A stretch of DNA of 64,000 nucleotides from assembly GCF_009914755.1 (NCBI RefSeq), contig NC_060938.1, one strand, 5' to 3'. The notes under the pieces were generated by a model. The model was not told the origin of the DNA and searched no databases. It saw nothing but the letters and a program-made list of their open reading frames with translations. Positions 16,434 to 30,500 of the stretch are shown piece after piece. Position 1 is the first letter of the stretch, and each line of letters starts with the position of its first letter. Source of the stretch: the human T2T-CHM13v2.0 reference genome, Homo sapiens. The position numbers and the translations under genes were made by a program.

Positions 16434-16740
16434 GGCTGGGCGTGATGGCTCATGCTTGTAATTCCAGCATTTTGGGAGGCTGAGGGTAGGAGGATCACTT
16501 GAGCCCAGAAGTTTGAGACCAGACTGGGCAACATGGTGAGACCCTGCCTCTACAAAAAGTACAAAAATTAGTTGGACATGGTGCTGCGTTCCTGTAGCTC
16601 CAGCTATTCAAGAAGCTGAAGGATTACCTTAGCTTGGGAGGTGGAGGCTGCAGTGAGCGTGGGACGCCACTGCACTCCAACCTGAAAGACCATGTGAGAC
16701 CCCTTCTCAAAAAAAAAAAAAATTAAAAAGAGAAAAAGAA
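16434..16740 (+). mobile_element. AluJ SINE
   Basis: 'ggaggatcacttgagcccag' AluJ diagnostic; TSD agaaacatgctacttt/agaaacatactatttt. Confidence 0.95.
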
Positions 16741-18438
16741 ACATACTATTTTTTCCCTGACAAAAATTTATTATTAAAGTAATATAATGCTCTTTGAATA
16801 AAAGAAGGGAGCACATACAGATAAAGTAATAACAACATTAATAATAAAAGAATAGAGAGGACAGGCTTCAAGATGTCTGAATAGAAGCATTTTATGCTCA
16901 CCTTCTCCACTAAGAAGAACCAAAATAGTGTATAGACAGTCACTCTTTGAATGTATTATCCAAGAAAGGATGGTGGAATTCAACAGAGAAGTGACAAGAA
17001 ACACCAAAAGCTTGCAGGAAGGAGAGAGGCAGCCTGCCTGGTTGGGATCTCCTGGGAGCTGGCAGTGATGTCTAAATGCAAGGAAAGGGTGAATGAAAGA
17101 CTTCCCGTGGCCCACGTTCCTACCGTGGAATCGTGCAATGCTGGCCATGGAAGAACCTCCCAATCACTGAAACTAACACAGCAAGCTGCCAGAAGAATGT
17201 GGAACAAAACTGCTCCAGCGAGACTGCTTGTTTTAGGCCCAACAAACTTCCTGAGAACTAAGGAGCTACAGCGAGGATCCACTTTCAATTCTTTGGCAAA
17301 TTGCATACTGCCCTGGGGCACAGTTGCTCAGGGAGTGAGGTGTTATGGAAACAAGGGTGTCACTGTTATAACAGAAAAGTGAGCTGGGAGCATTCCCACC
17401 ACCAGGACTAAGAATCAAGCAAGACATGGGCTGCAGCTATTGGTTCCAGGAAGAGAGTGATGGTGAGATGATGATTGGGACACAAGTGGGGTGAGGGGGG
17501 GCCACTGGGTTTGAGTTCCCACAGCTGGAATGGGGATGTGACTTGGTGCAGGCTAAAGCTGTTAAGGCTTGATGGAGAGCCCTGCCTTGAATGGGTGTAA
17601 GACAGACGACACATACCTCACCTACCAGCCCAAGTTGTGGCCACTGAGGATGGTCTTACCTTCTCCAGTGGCATGGCCTCATCATCACCATGGCTGCCAC
17701 TATGCCTCACTTGAGTGCTCCACCTGAAGCCTGAGGATTGCCCCACCCATGCCCACCATGGCTGCTTCCTGCTGTCACCACTGGGAAGCCTGAGGCACCT
17801 GGGCACTCCTCCTGGGGGCCTGAGGCTGGGCCTAACCTTCCAGCTGCTATCATTTCTGCTGACGCCTACCTTTGAGCACCAACTGTGGGACTGGAGTATG
17901 GCCCAGCTAGCCCACTGCAGCCACCACCGGCATAAATGTGCACCAGTCAGGACCCAGAGAATTGTCCCATCACTCCTACTGCCATCACCCAGTGCTATAC
18001 GAGCTGCTCAGGGGCCTAGGAACCTGATCATCCACCAAGTTTATCACTGCTATTAAAGGCATCCAAGCAAGCCACTTGGAGGTTCAAGAATAAGCCCACT
18101 GGTAATTGCCAAAACAAGTGCCAATGTATACCACCTTGGAGCACTAAGATAAGTATGCTCAGCCCACTACTGCCACCATGGGGGACTAAAGATTGGCCCA
18201 TTTGGTATCACAGCTTCCAGCACAACTTCAACCTCCACTAATAACCCTCTGAGAGAATCATATATGCCACTGTTGCTATTTACACCCAAAGAAATCATAT
18301 AGAGACTATGTTACCACGCACAGAGACTACATTACCTAGCTTTAAAGCCAAAGTAACCTACTCAACCAACACCATAAATACGTCTTCAGAGAAACTTATT
18401 CCCCTTTGAAAATAAATTAAAAATTAGGAAGAAGTAAT

Positions 18439-18803
18439 TGATATGGTTTGGATTTGTGTCCCCACCCAAATCTCATGTTGAATTGCAATCCCCAGTGTTA
18501 GAGGAGGAGCCTAGTGGGAGGTGATTTGATCAGGAGGGCGGACATCCCCCTTGCTGTTTTTGTGATAATGAGTGAGTTCTCACGAGATCTAGTTGTTTAA
18601 AAGTATGTAGCGTCTCTCCTTTTACTCTCTTCCTCCTTCTCCAGCATGTGCCAGCTTCCCCTTCACCTTTTGCCATGATTGAAAGTTTCCTGATGCCTCC
18701 CCAGCCATGCTTCCTGTACAGCCTGCAGAACTGTGAGCCAATTAAACCTCTTTTATTTGTAAATTACCCAGTCTCAGTTAGGTCTTGATAGCAATGTTAG
18801 ATT
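18439..18803 (+). mobile_element. MSTA/MSTB solo LTR nested in L1
   Basis: 'tgatatggtttggatttgtgtccccacccaaatctcatgttg...cttcctgtacagcctgcagaactgtgagccaattaaacc'. Confidence 0.9.
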
Positions 18804-18976
18804 ATCACACTAGATGTGTAGATATCAACATAGGGAAACAGGAAACATGAACCAAAAAAAGGGGGAATATGAAGCTGCAAAGGAACAAAATGACTCTCTA
18901 GCACTAGATCTTACACTAGACCTTAATCAAAAAGAAAGTTCTGAATTCTAAGATATGTAATTTAAAAGTTGATTTT

Positions 18977-19290
18977 GTTTTACTTTACTATATTTATTTA
19001 TTTTACAGACAGGACCTCATCCTGCTGCTCAGGCTGGAGTGTAGTGGCAGGATTTTAGCTCACTGCAGCCTCAAACTCCTGGGCTCAAGTGAGCCTTGCA
19101 CCTTAGCCTCATGAGTATCTAGAACTACACGCACGCAGTATCATGCCGAAGTTTTTCTACTTTGTACAGATGGCGTCTTGGCATCTCACTATGTTGTCCA
19201 AGGTGGTCTCCAACTCCTGGCCTCAAATGATTCTCTTGATTTGACCTCCAAAAGTGTTGGAATTACAAGTGTAAGCCACTGTGCCTGGCC
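18977..19290 (-). mobile_element. AluJ SINE nested in L1 ORF1
   Basis: Antisense 'cactgcagcctcaaactcctgggctcaag...gccactgtgcctggcc'; degenerate TSD around ttgatttt. Confidence 0.93.
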
Positions 19291-19880
19291 AAGATTTGAT
19301 TTTAAAGAAGCTTAGTGAGATATAAGAGAATTCTAAAAATCAATACAAAGATATCAGAAAACAATTCATGATATAAATTTTAAAATTACCAAAAAGATAG
19401 ATATTTTTTAAAAGAACAAAATAAAAATTTGGGGACTACAGAATTTGCTTGAAGAAATACAAAATATATTTGGAGGCTTCAACAATAGTCTAATCCAGGC
19501 AGAAGAAATAATCTCAGAACTTGAAGAAGATGTCTTTTGAAATAATATAATCAGACAAAAAGTTTTAAAAAAGAATTTTTTTAAAAAATGAGCAAGGGCT
19601 TCCTGACATTTGGGACAGTGTAAAGCAATTGGACATTCAAATTATCAGTATCCCCAAGGGCAATGAGACAAAAAAAAAAAAAAAAGAATTAGAAAGCCTA
19701 TTTAATTAAGTAATAGGTGAAAAAGCTCTTAAGTCTAGCAAAAGATTCAGACATTCAGATACAGGAAGCTCAGTGATTCTCAGGTGGATACAATGCAGAA
19801 AGGGCTTCTCCATGGCACACTATAGTCAAACTGTCTACAACTAAAGAAAAAGAGCAACTCCTTTTTAATGAATTAAAAAG

Positions 19881-20160
19881 AGTCTGACTAGTATGAGATG
19901 GTATCTCATTGTGGTTTTGTTGCATTTCTCTAATAATTAGTGATATCGAGCATTTTTTTATATGCTTGTTGGCCTTGTGTATGTCTTCTTTTGAGAAATG
20001 TCTCCTCATGTCTTTTGCATACTTTTTAGCGAGTTACTTGTTTTTTGTTGTAGTTTGTTTGTTTTGCTTGTTTTGTTTAAATTCCTTATAGATTCTGAAT
20101 ATTAGACCTTTGTTGAATGCATAGTTTACAAATACGTTTTCCCACCCTGTAGAGTGTTTG
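19881..20160 (-). mobile_element. internal L1PB/late-L1PA ORF2 fragment, antisense, no tail
   Basis: Antisense translation [30 protein letters not shown] (L1 ORF2 C-terminal region). Confidence 0.85.
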
Positions 20161-21906
20161 ATAAAGCCTATGATAAAATTTAATATCCTTTCATGACAAA
20201 GTCTCTCAACAAACTGGGCATAAAAAAAACATGCCTCAGCATAATAAAGGTCATTTATGACAAATCCACAGCTAACATCAGCTAAAAATTGAAAGTCTTT
20301 TCTCTAAGAACTGGAACAAAACAAGCATGCCCACTTTTACTGCTCCTATTCAACATAGTACTGGAAGCTCTAGATAGAGAAAATAAGCAAGAGAAATAAA
20401 CAAAAGGCATCCAAATTGGAAAACAGGAAGTCAAATTGTTCCCCTTTGCTGATGATAACATCTTATATCTAGAAAATCTTTAAGACTTCACCAAAAAACT
20501 CTTAGATTGATGAAAGAATCCTATAAAGTTGCAGAGCATAAAAGCAACATACAAAAATCTGTAGCATTACCATAGAAAAGTAATGATCTAGCTGAGAAAG
20601 AAATAAAAAAAATTATATTTACAATAGCTACCAAAAATACCCTGGAATAAATTTCACTAAGGAAGTGAAAGATCTCTACAAGGAAAACTACAAAACATTG
20701 ATGAAAATAATTGAAGATGACACAAACAAATGGAAAAACATCCCATGCTGATGAATTGAAAGAATCGAAATGGTAAAAATTACCATACTGCCTAAAGCAA
20801 TCTACAGATTCAACATATTCCCTGTCATGATACCAACATCATTTTTTTTCACAGAATTAGAGATACTAATAGTCATATGGAACCAAGAATGAGTGTAAAT
20901 AGCCAACATAATATTGAGCAAAGAAAAAAAAAAAACAAGAGTTGGAGGCATCACATTCCCTAACTTCAAATTATATTACAAGGTTGTAGTAACCAAAACA
21001 ATATGGTGTTGGTATAAAAAGACACATACACCAATGGAACAGGATAGAGAGCCTAGAAATAAACCTACATATTTACAGTCAATTGATTTTTGATAAAGCC
21101 AGCAATATCTTACACTGGGGAAAGGACATCCTTTTCAATAAATGGTATTGGGAAAATTGGATACCCACATATACAGAACATAGCTAGAGCTCTATCTCTC
21201 ACCATATAAAAAAATCAAACAAATGAACTAAAGACTTAAACATAAGACTCAAAACTATAAAAGTACTAGCAAAAGCCTGGAGAAAACTGTCCCAGACAAT
21301 GATCAAGGCAAAAAAAAATTATGACTAAGACCTCAGAATTATAGGCAATAGAAACAAAAATAGACCAAACGGGACTATATTAAATTGAAAATCTTTGGCA
21401 CTGCAAAGGGAACAAGCAACATAGTGAATACAACCTGTTAAATGGGGAGAAAATATTTGCAAACTATTCATCTGACAGGTTACTAATATCTAGAATATAC
21501 AAGGGACTCATTTCAACGGAAAAAAAATCTAATTAAAAAGTAAGCAAGGACATGAATGAACGTTTTTCAAAAAAAAGACAAAAAAAGGTGAACAAGTATA
21601 TGGAAAAGGGCTCAACATCACTATCCTTAGAGAAATGCAAATCAAAGCCATCATGAGATATTATCTTACACTAGTCAGTGACTATTATTTAAAAAACAAT
21701 TATTAATAATGCCTTTACAAATTAATAAAACTAAAATTTTTAAAATAAAAATTGCTAATGGCTATTATTAAGAAGGCAAAACCTTTAATAGATGTTGACA
21801 AGAATACAGAGAAAAGAGAACTAGTATACCCTGTTGGTAGGAATGTAAACTAATACAGTCACTATGGAAAACATTATGGAAATTTCCCAATAAACTAAAA
21901 ATATAA

Positions 21907-24190
21907 TGAGATGGTTTGGCTGTGTCCCCACTCAAATCTCAACTTGAATTTTATCTCCCAGAATTCCCACATGTTGTGGGAAGGACCCAGGGAGAGGTAA
22001 TTAAATCATGGGGGCCAGTTTTTCCCGTGCTATTCACATGATACTAAATACGTTTCTTGAGATCTGATGGGTTTATCAGGGGTTTCTGCTTCTGCTTCAT
22101 CCTCATTTTCTCTTGCTGTCGCCGTGTAAGAAGTGCCTTTTGCCTCTCACCATGATTCTGAGGCCTCCCCAGCCATGTGGAACTGTAAGTCCAATTAAAC
22201 CTCTTTTTCTTCCAGGTCTTGGGTATGTCTTTATCAGCATCATGAAAACAGACTAATACAGTAAATTGGTACTGAGAGTGGGGCATTGCTGAAAAGATAC
22301 CCAAAAACGTGGAAGTGACTTTGGAATTGGGTAAAAGGAAGAGGTTGGAACAGTTTGGAGGGCTCAGAAGAAGAGAGGAAAATGTGGGAAACTGAAACTT
22401 CTTAGAGACTTGTTTCATGGCTTTGCCCAAAATGCTGATAATGATATGGACAATAAGGTCCAGGCTGAAGTGGTCTCAGACGGAGATGAGGAACTTGTTG
22501 GAAACTGGAGTAAAGGTGACTCTTGTTATGTTTTAGCAAAGAAACTGGCAGCATTGTGCCCCTTCCATAGAAATTTGTGTAACTTTGAACTTGAGAATGA
22601 TAATTTAGGGTATCTGGCAGAATAAATTTCTAAGCAGCAAAGCATTCAAGAAATGACTTGGGTACTGTTAAAGGCATTCAGTTTTATAAGGAAAGCAGAG
22701 CATAAAAGTTTGGAAAATTTGCAGCCTGACTAAGGGATAGAAAAGAAAAACCCATTTTCTGGGGAGAAATTCAGCCCAGCTGCAAAAATGTGTGTAAGTA
22801 GTAAGGAGGCTAACATTAATCCCCAAAACAATGGGAAAAAATATCTCCAGGCCATATCAGAGACCTTCAGGGCAGCCCCTCCCATCACAAGCCTGGAGAC
22901 CTAGGAGGAAAAAGTGGTTTTGTGGGCCAGGCCCAGGTTCCCTGTGCCATGTGCAGCCTAGGGACTTGGTGCCCTGTGTTCCAGCCACTCCAGCCATAGC
23001 TGAAAAGGGCCAAGGTACTGCTTGGGCTGTGGCCTCAGAAGGTGGAAGCCCCAAACCTTGGTAGCTTCCATGTGGTGTTGAGCCTGTGGGTGCACAGAAA
23101 TCAAGAATTGAGGTTTGGGAACCTCTGCCTAGATTTCAGAAGATGTGTGGAAATGCCTGGATGCCCAGGCAGAAGTTTGCTGCAGGGGCGAGTCCCTCAT
23201 GGAGAACCTCTGCTAGGACAGTACCAAAGAGAAATGTGGGGTTGGAACCCCAACACAGAGTACCTACTGGAACACTAGCTAGTGGAGCTGTGAGAAGAGC
23301 ACCACAGTCCTCCAGACCCTAGAATGGTAGATCCACCAACAGCTCGTACTGTGTGCCTGGAAAAGCTGCAGACACTCAATGCCAGCCTGAGAAAGCAGCC
23401 AGGAGGGAGGCTGTACCCTGCAAAGCCACAACAGTGGAGCTGCCCAAGACCATGGCAACCCACCTCTTGCATCAGTGTGACCTGGATGTGAGATCTGGAG
23501 TCAAAGGAGATCATTTTGTAGCTTTAAGATTTGATGGCCCTGCTGGATTTTAGACTTCCATGGGCCCAGTAACCCCTTTGTTTTGGCCAATTCCTCCCAT
23601 TTAGAATGGCTGCATTTACCCAATAACTGTATGCCCATTCTGTCTAAAAAGTAAATAGTTTGCGTTTGATTTTACAAGTTCATAGGCAAAAGGGACTTGC
23701 CTTGTCTCAGATGAGAGTTTGGTCTGTGGACTTTTGGGTTAATGGTGAAATGAGCTAAGACTTTGGGGAACTGCTCGGAAAGCATAATTGGTTTTTAAAT
23801 GTGAGAACATGAGATTTGAAGGGGACAGGGGCAGAATGATATGATTTGGCTGTGTCTCCACCCAAATCTCAACTTGAATTGTATCTCCCAGAATTCCCAC
23901 ATGTTGTGGGAGGGACCTGGTGGGAGGTAATTGAATCATGGGGTCTGGTCTTTCCCTTGCTATTCTCATGATAGTGAATAAGTCGCACAAGATCTGATGG
24001 GTTTATCAGGGGTTCCCACTTTTGTTTCCTCCTTATTTTCTCTCGCCACCACCATGCAAGAAGTGCCTTTCACCTCTCACCGTGATTCTGAGGCCTCCCC
24101 AGCCATGTGGAACTGTAAGTCCAATTAAACCTCTTTTTCTTCCCAGTCTCAGGTATGTCTTTATCAGCATCATGAAAACAGACTAATATA
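21907..24190 (+). mobile_element. complete THE1A MaLR element (LTR 21907-22260, internal 22261-23836, LTR 23837-24190)
   Basis: Two homologous LTRs with THE1A 'gggtttatcaggggtt', THE1 internal sequence, perfect TSD tataa (21902-21906 / 24191-24195); host L1 resumes in register. Confidence 0.97.
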
Positions 24191-25416
24191 TATAATTACC
24201 ATTCAATCCATCAATTCCACTACTAGAATTGGAATTCCAAAGGAAAATAAATCAATAGATCAACGAGATACCTGCACTCACATGTTTACTGCAGCATTAT
24301 TCACCATACCAGAGATACGGAATCAACCTAAGTGTTTATCAACAGATGAATGCATCAAGAAAATGTGGTATACATACACAGTGGAATACTATTCAGCCAT
24401 AAAAAAGAATAATATCCTGTCATTAGCAGGAACATGGATGCAACTGGAAGTCATTATTTTAAATGAAATAAGCCAGACACAAAAACACAAATATTGTACA
24501 TTCTCCCTCATATGTGAGAGCTAAAAAATTTGATCACATGGAGTTAGAGAGTAGAGAGATAAATAATAGAGATCAGGAAGGGTGAATGGGGGAAAAAGGG
24601 GAGAATGAAGAGAACTGCATTAAAGTTTGCAACCATATAATAAAATAGAAGGAATACATTCAATGTCTGTTAGCAGAGTAAGTGGACTATAGCTAACAAA
24701 ATGTACTGTACTTGGGTGATTGACATCATAAATACCCTGACTTAATCACTACCTAGGATATGCATATACAAAATTTCTTATGTATTCCCATAAATTTGTA
24801 TAAATTAAGAAAACAAAGATATCTAAACACTGACTGTCAACAGGCTTATGAAAAATTTTGAGGAAATAGTTTTTGAGTCCTTTGTCCTTGCTGAATTCAC
24901 TCACCCTTCCATATCCTCATAATATACCAGTCCCATAACTTCCCTTGACTCCTTATTTTACTGTTACTTTTATAATTTTAACTATTAACTCACCTTTAAT
25001 AAATGATGATGTTGTGCAGTTTATATAACTGGTATTATTTGTATAGTAGTTCTCTTCATTCACAAAGTACATTACCATTACCAAAGATATTTCTAAATAT
25101 ATGAGATTATTTTACTCCTCAGTACAATTTCTATTTCTGCCCAGATTACCAGATTACCAATCATTTCTCAGTTTCTCAATGAAAACTTGTAATTGACTTT
25201 TAGTATTTACCAGTTTCAATTTTAAAACAAGCTTGCTACTTTTCACTTCAAGATATGTTTTGTATTTTGCCTTTTGCTTCCAGTTTATCTGTTGTTACTA
25301 TAAACTCCATCATTACTGTCATTATCCCAATAGCAATTATGAATTATTACAGACATTCTAGTAGTTAGAAGTCATGAGATAGAATCAGGAAGCCTGGATA
25401 AAATTTGTACAGCCCT

Positions 25417-25890
<474 letters not shown>

Positions 25891-26000
25891 TATTATATTT
25901 CATTTTGCTTTTCCAAATAATTTGCTAAGATAATCAAGTTTATCATCTAATTCAATTAACTCAATCAGGTGATATAAATACCATTTTGAAGAATTATTGA

Positions 26001-26262
26001 TATTTTTATTGCCAAATATTTTTTCATTAAATGGATATATCACATTCTATTTATATATTTATCAGCTAATGGACATTTGTGTTTTGTCTACTTTGTGGCT
26101 ATTATGAATAATGTTACTATGAACATTAATGCTTCCATTTTTATGTAGACTTTTTTTTCATTTCTCTTGAGGAGCATAGAAATACTAGATTATATGATAA
26201 ATCCTTGTTTAAATGCTCGAGAAACTGACGGACTGCTTTTCAAAGTATTAATAGCTACACCA
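26001..26262 (-). repeat. L1MB fragment, local duplicate of 27200-27457
   Basis: Colinear with 27200-27457, sharing unusual motifs 'cttgaggag', 'aaatactagat', 'tccttgtttaa'. Confidence 0.8.
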
Positions 26263-26854
26263 GAACTAATTCAACTAGTTATTTAATGAAAGTGCTTAGC
26301 ACAGTATCTGACACATAGCAGAAGGGAATTAAAAGCCATTAGCTTTTCCCTGTACTTCCAGCACCCAAATTCCATCCACTCACATGTGTAAGGTCTAATA
26401 ACACCAATATATTATCGCCTCTCAGAGTGTGATTATTTATTCACTCAAAAGCACTACAGATCAGCTACTTTCCTAGTAAGTCTATAAATATGTAGACATT
26501 TTCCTGTGTTTCACTTCTGGTATCACTGTTAATATTTTGAGGTATATTTTTCTAGATATTTTTTAGTTTAAATACTAATATGCCATGGAAAATTGTATAC
26601 ATAATTTTTAAAGAGAAATATTACAACACAATTGTTTGAAACATATTTAATTTTTAAAAGATCCAGAGAAAGATATTTTGGATATCTAGTCAGGTCAATA
26701 CGTTCAGATATATTACTTTTCAAGGTAGATGCCTAGTCTCTTATATTAAAATTTTATAATTTAATCAATCTAGGTATTCAGGTGTTCATTTACTATGGCA
26801 AGCAAGGATTCCAAATACACACCTTTGTGTGTGTGTTCAATGTGTTTGCGTATA

Positions 26855-27760
26855 ATTTTATAACAGTTTTGTTGAGATATAATTCAGATACCATAAAATA
26901 TACCCTTTTAAAGTATGCTTAGAATGTGAAGTTGTTCAAGCATCACCGCAATCAATTTTAGAACATTTTCATTGCCCCAAAAAGTAATTCCGTATCCATC
27001 AGCAGTCACTCCCCATTTGCTCCCAACTTCTCTAGGCCTCGGCCAATACCAATCTATCTTCTGTCTCTATAAAATTGCTTGTACTAGATGTTTTATGTAA
27101 ATTGAATAATATATTATGTGGTCTTTTGTGATTGACTTCTTTCATTTAGTACAATGTTTATAAGATTCATCTATTTGGTAGCGTGTATCAGTAGTAGTTT
27201 ATTTTTATTGCCAAACAATATTTCATTGAATGGACATATTACATTTTATTTATACATTCATCATGTAATGGACATCTGGGTTGTGTCTACTTTGTGGTTA
27301 TTATGAATAATGTTGCTATGAACATTCAAGCTTCTATTTTTTTGCATAGGCATTTTCTTTTCATTTTTCTTGAGGAGTGGAAATACTAGATCACATGATA
27401 AGTCCTTGTTTAAGCTCTTGGGAAACTGATAGACTGCTTTTCAAAGCGGCTACACCATTTTACATTCTTAATCGCAGTTTATGAGGCTTCAAATTTCTCC
27501 CCATCTTTACTAATGCTTTTTTTAATTAACTTTTTAATTTTTGCCATCACATTGAGGGTGAAGTGATATATCATGTGGTTTTGGTTTACATTTACCTGAT
27601 GGCTAATGAGGTCAAGCATCTTTTCATGTTCTTATTAGCTATTGAAATATCTTATTTGGAAAAATGTCTATTGTGGTCCTTTGACCATTTTTAATTAGAA
27701 TATGTGTCATTTTATTATTACATTGTAAGAGTTCTTTATATATTCTACATATAAGTCAAT
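26855..27760 (-). mobile_element. L1MB 3' end
   Basis: 'gttgagatataattcagataccataaaa...caattttagaacattttcattgcccc'. Confidence 0.88.
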
Positions 27761-27801
27761 TTTGGGGGAAAAGAGTTTTGGAGCTCTCTGTTCTTATGAA
27801 A

Positions 27802-27802
<1 letters not shown>

Positions 27803-27851
<49 letters not shown>
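27803..27851. repeat. (CT)n microsatellite
   Basis: Direct reading. Confidence 0.97.
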
Positions 27852-27855
<4 letters not shown>

Positions 27856-27859
27856 AAAT

Positions 27860-28435
27860 CTCTGGGTCAAAGATGAGAGAACTTGAGAAGAGTTTGTTGC
27901 CTCTCCTCTCCTTGGCTTATTTCTCTTTGCATGGAATATTACCCTATGATCATGCTGGAGTGATGGTGATTGGGCTCTAAGATTCCCATCCTCTCCTGCC
28001 TGGGGCATAGCCTCTAACCTATGAATGGTGGCTGCATAAAGAAAAAGAGACCTGACTTCTTAGTTGCACTCATTAAAAATGTATCTTCTGCAACTTGGAG
28101 TTTACGTGAATGAGAAATGCTGCTCACCTGCCCCTCCAAGTGAGAATTCATATCCATAGGTGGAAGATGAGAGCAAAGGGTGTCTAGTCTTCTCACCAAC
28201 ACTCAACCAGATTGGAGATTCTGTCAGTCTTATCTGGGTGGTGGGGAGAGAACAGACTGTGGCTCAAGTGCTACAGATTGTTGGTGTTTTCTACTGATAT
28301 TTAGTACATTTTCTTGAATAAATGTTTCTTTGTTTGTTGAGCTGGAGATTTTAATCGTTATTTTTAAAATAATTTTTACTTGTGGCTGTTTCACTGGGGG
28401 AGGGGTCTGTGGATCTCCTTACACTACCATTTCAG
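27860..28435 (-). mobile_element. old L1M 5'-region fragment
   Basis: 'ttttcttgaataaatgtttc...ggatctccttacactaccatttc' resembles antisense 5' ends of old L1M elements. Confidence 0.45.
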
Positions 28436-29059
28436 GGCTATTAAATATATATATTATATATTATATAAATAATTATATAAATATATATTTATGTTATGTG
28501 AATATAACTGTAAAAATAGAATTTGGGGACAAAAAGTAATATTAAGTTTAAACTTTAACAGATATATTCAGATTACCCTCCAAAAAGTTGAAGCAATTTA
28601 TTCTCCTTAAGAGTGGAGGTTTTTTTATTACTATTATTATTTAGATTTTATTTGTTTTGTATTGAAGATGGAAACATTTCTAAATTGTGGAAAAGGAACC
28701 AGAAAGGAGGAGCTGTTTGCGGATAGATGAGAAAGTCATGGATGAAGTGTCTTGGGGAAAAGTTTAAGAATGAATCTTGAACATAGAATAAGTAATTAGT
28801 CCTGGGTTGGAAGGATAAAGGAGCAGAGATAACATTGTGGTCAACACATAATTGTGTTATTTAAGTTCTAAATATTTTTATGTTTTAAAACTTGCATGTT
28901 TCCCATATTGATTCCATGCTTCTGCAAAAAAAAAAGTGTTATCCTTTTCTTTAATAAAAGTGTGACTCTGTGCTTTTACAACCTTAGCACACTTACATAT
29001 CTCTGATCACATACTGTTTTTCAAAAGGTATTTTTTTTTTCATTAGAAATAAAGAAAAT

Positions 29060-29345
29060 GGTCCAGGTCCGGTGGCTCATGTCTGTAATCTCAACACTTT
29101 AGAAAGTTGAGGTGGGAGGATTGCTTAAGACCAGGAGTCTGGGACCAGCCTGGGAGACATAGTGAAGCCCCATCTCTAAAAACATCATTTAAAAATTAGC
29201 CGAGCATGGTGGCACATGCCTATAGTCTCAGTTACTTGAGAGGATGAGGAGAGATCACTTGATCCCAGGGGTTCAAGGCCACAGGGAGCTATGATCATGC
29301 CACTGCATTCCAGCCTGGGTGACAGAGCAAGACCCATTCTCTAAA
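29060..29345 (+). mobile_element. AluJ (Jo-like) SINE
   Basis: 'ggaggattgcttaagaccaggag', 'gagctatgatcatgccactgc'. Confidence 0.93.
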
Positions 29346-29414
29346 AAGAGAAAGAGAGAAAGAAAGAAAGAGAGAGAGAGACAGAGAAAGAAAGGAAGAA
29401 AGAAAGAAAGAAAG

Positions 29415-29485
<71 letters not shown>

Positions 29486-29556
29486 AGGAAAGAAAGAAAG
29501 AAGGAAAGAAAGGAAAGAAAGAAAGAAGGAAAGAAAGAAAGAAGGAAAGAAAGAAA

Positions 29557-29605
<49 letters not shown>

Positions 29606-29616
29606 AAAAGAAGAAA

Positions 29617-29653
<37 letters not shown>

Positions 29654-29753
29654 AAAGAGAGAGAGAAAGGAGGGAGAGAGGGAGGGAGGGAAGAAGGAAG
29701 GAAGGAAAGAAGGAAGGAAGGAAGGAAAGAAGGAAGGAAGGAGAAAGAAAGGG
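29344..29753 (+). repeat. (GAAA)n/(GGAA)n purine tract expanded from the Alu tail
   Basis: About 410 bp almost purely A/G. Confidence 0.98.
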
Positions 29754-30294
29754 ATGATACTTTTCTATATGACAGTACTATGGAGAAAGTTCTACCAGAA
29801 TCTTAAATAACTGAAATTTGTCGTAGAGAGATTTAATCACCGTTATAAAATGTGCTTAACTTTCATTAGAAAACTCCTCAATACATCCAGTTGATACCAT
29901 CTATGATCATGCCCTTTTATAGAGCTGACAATATCAAATAAGGTTAAACGTATAGCCACAAAATATGGCAATAATTGGGCATCTATTTCTCAGCAAAGCA
30001 ATCTGTCTTGAGTCTTTAGTTTTGCTTTAGTGTGTTTCTGTCAAGATCTCTCTTCCATCTTTAGTGGTAGAATATTGAATTGAATGCATAACTCTGTGAT
30101 TTGAAACATTAATTAGGGCAATGTGCAGAAGAAAATTTACATAGAAGTCTGCATTTTACACAATAGAAATTAAATTTGCTACTAATATGTGTCAGACTAG
30201 CCTGCTTTTATTTTTCAAAAAGTTGTATGTTGAACACCTAATATTCTGCTTTCACATATATTGTGTAATTCAGTTCTCCATATTTTGGAGTTGG

Positions 30295-30500
30295 GTAATG
30301 AGCAACTGGAGAACATCCAGAAAAAGGCAATCAGAAGAGTGAATGATCTGGAAATGATCTCAGAAGAAAATTTAAGGAATAACAAATATTTACCATGGAG
30401 AAGAGAAGGATAATTGTGAACATTAAAATTGTCTTTAGATGCTATGGGGAGAAAAGACATTTGATTTAGTCTTTATAGAACCATAAAGATTAACAAAGTT
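30295..30500 (+). mobile_element. L3/CR1 LINE fragment
   Basis: 'caactggagaacatccagaaaaaggcaatcag...atggagaagagaagga' matches the CR1 ORF2 3' region. Confidence 0.65.

Larger units (their letters stand above)
16855..24813 (+). mobile_element. near full-length L1MA (MA3/MA4-like) with internal deletion and nested MST, AluJ, L1 fragment and THE1A
   Basis: GC-richer 5'UTR 16855-18300, ORF1 remnant 19300-19860, ORF2 RT/C-terminal region 20160-24520, 3'UTR ending 'cccataaatttgtataaattaagaaaa'. Confidence 0.88.

Noticed and set aside
16774-18056. 113-143-aa ORFs on both strands
   Set aside because: They lie in the GC-richer L1 5'UTR and show no recognisable protein similarity.
22410-23553. Overlapping ORFs in THE1A internal sequence (and their counterparts at 37090-38650)
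   Set aside because: Fragmented readings of MaLR internal sequence with no intact long ORF.
29319-29810. 163-aa K/E/R-rich ORF
   Set aside because: It is the translation of the (GAAA)n tract, which cannot contain stop codons.
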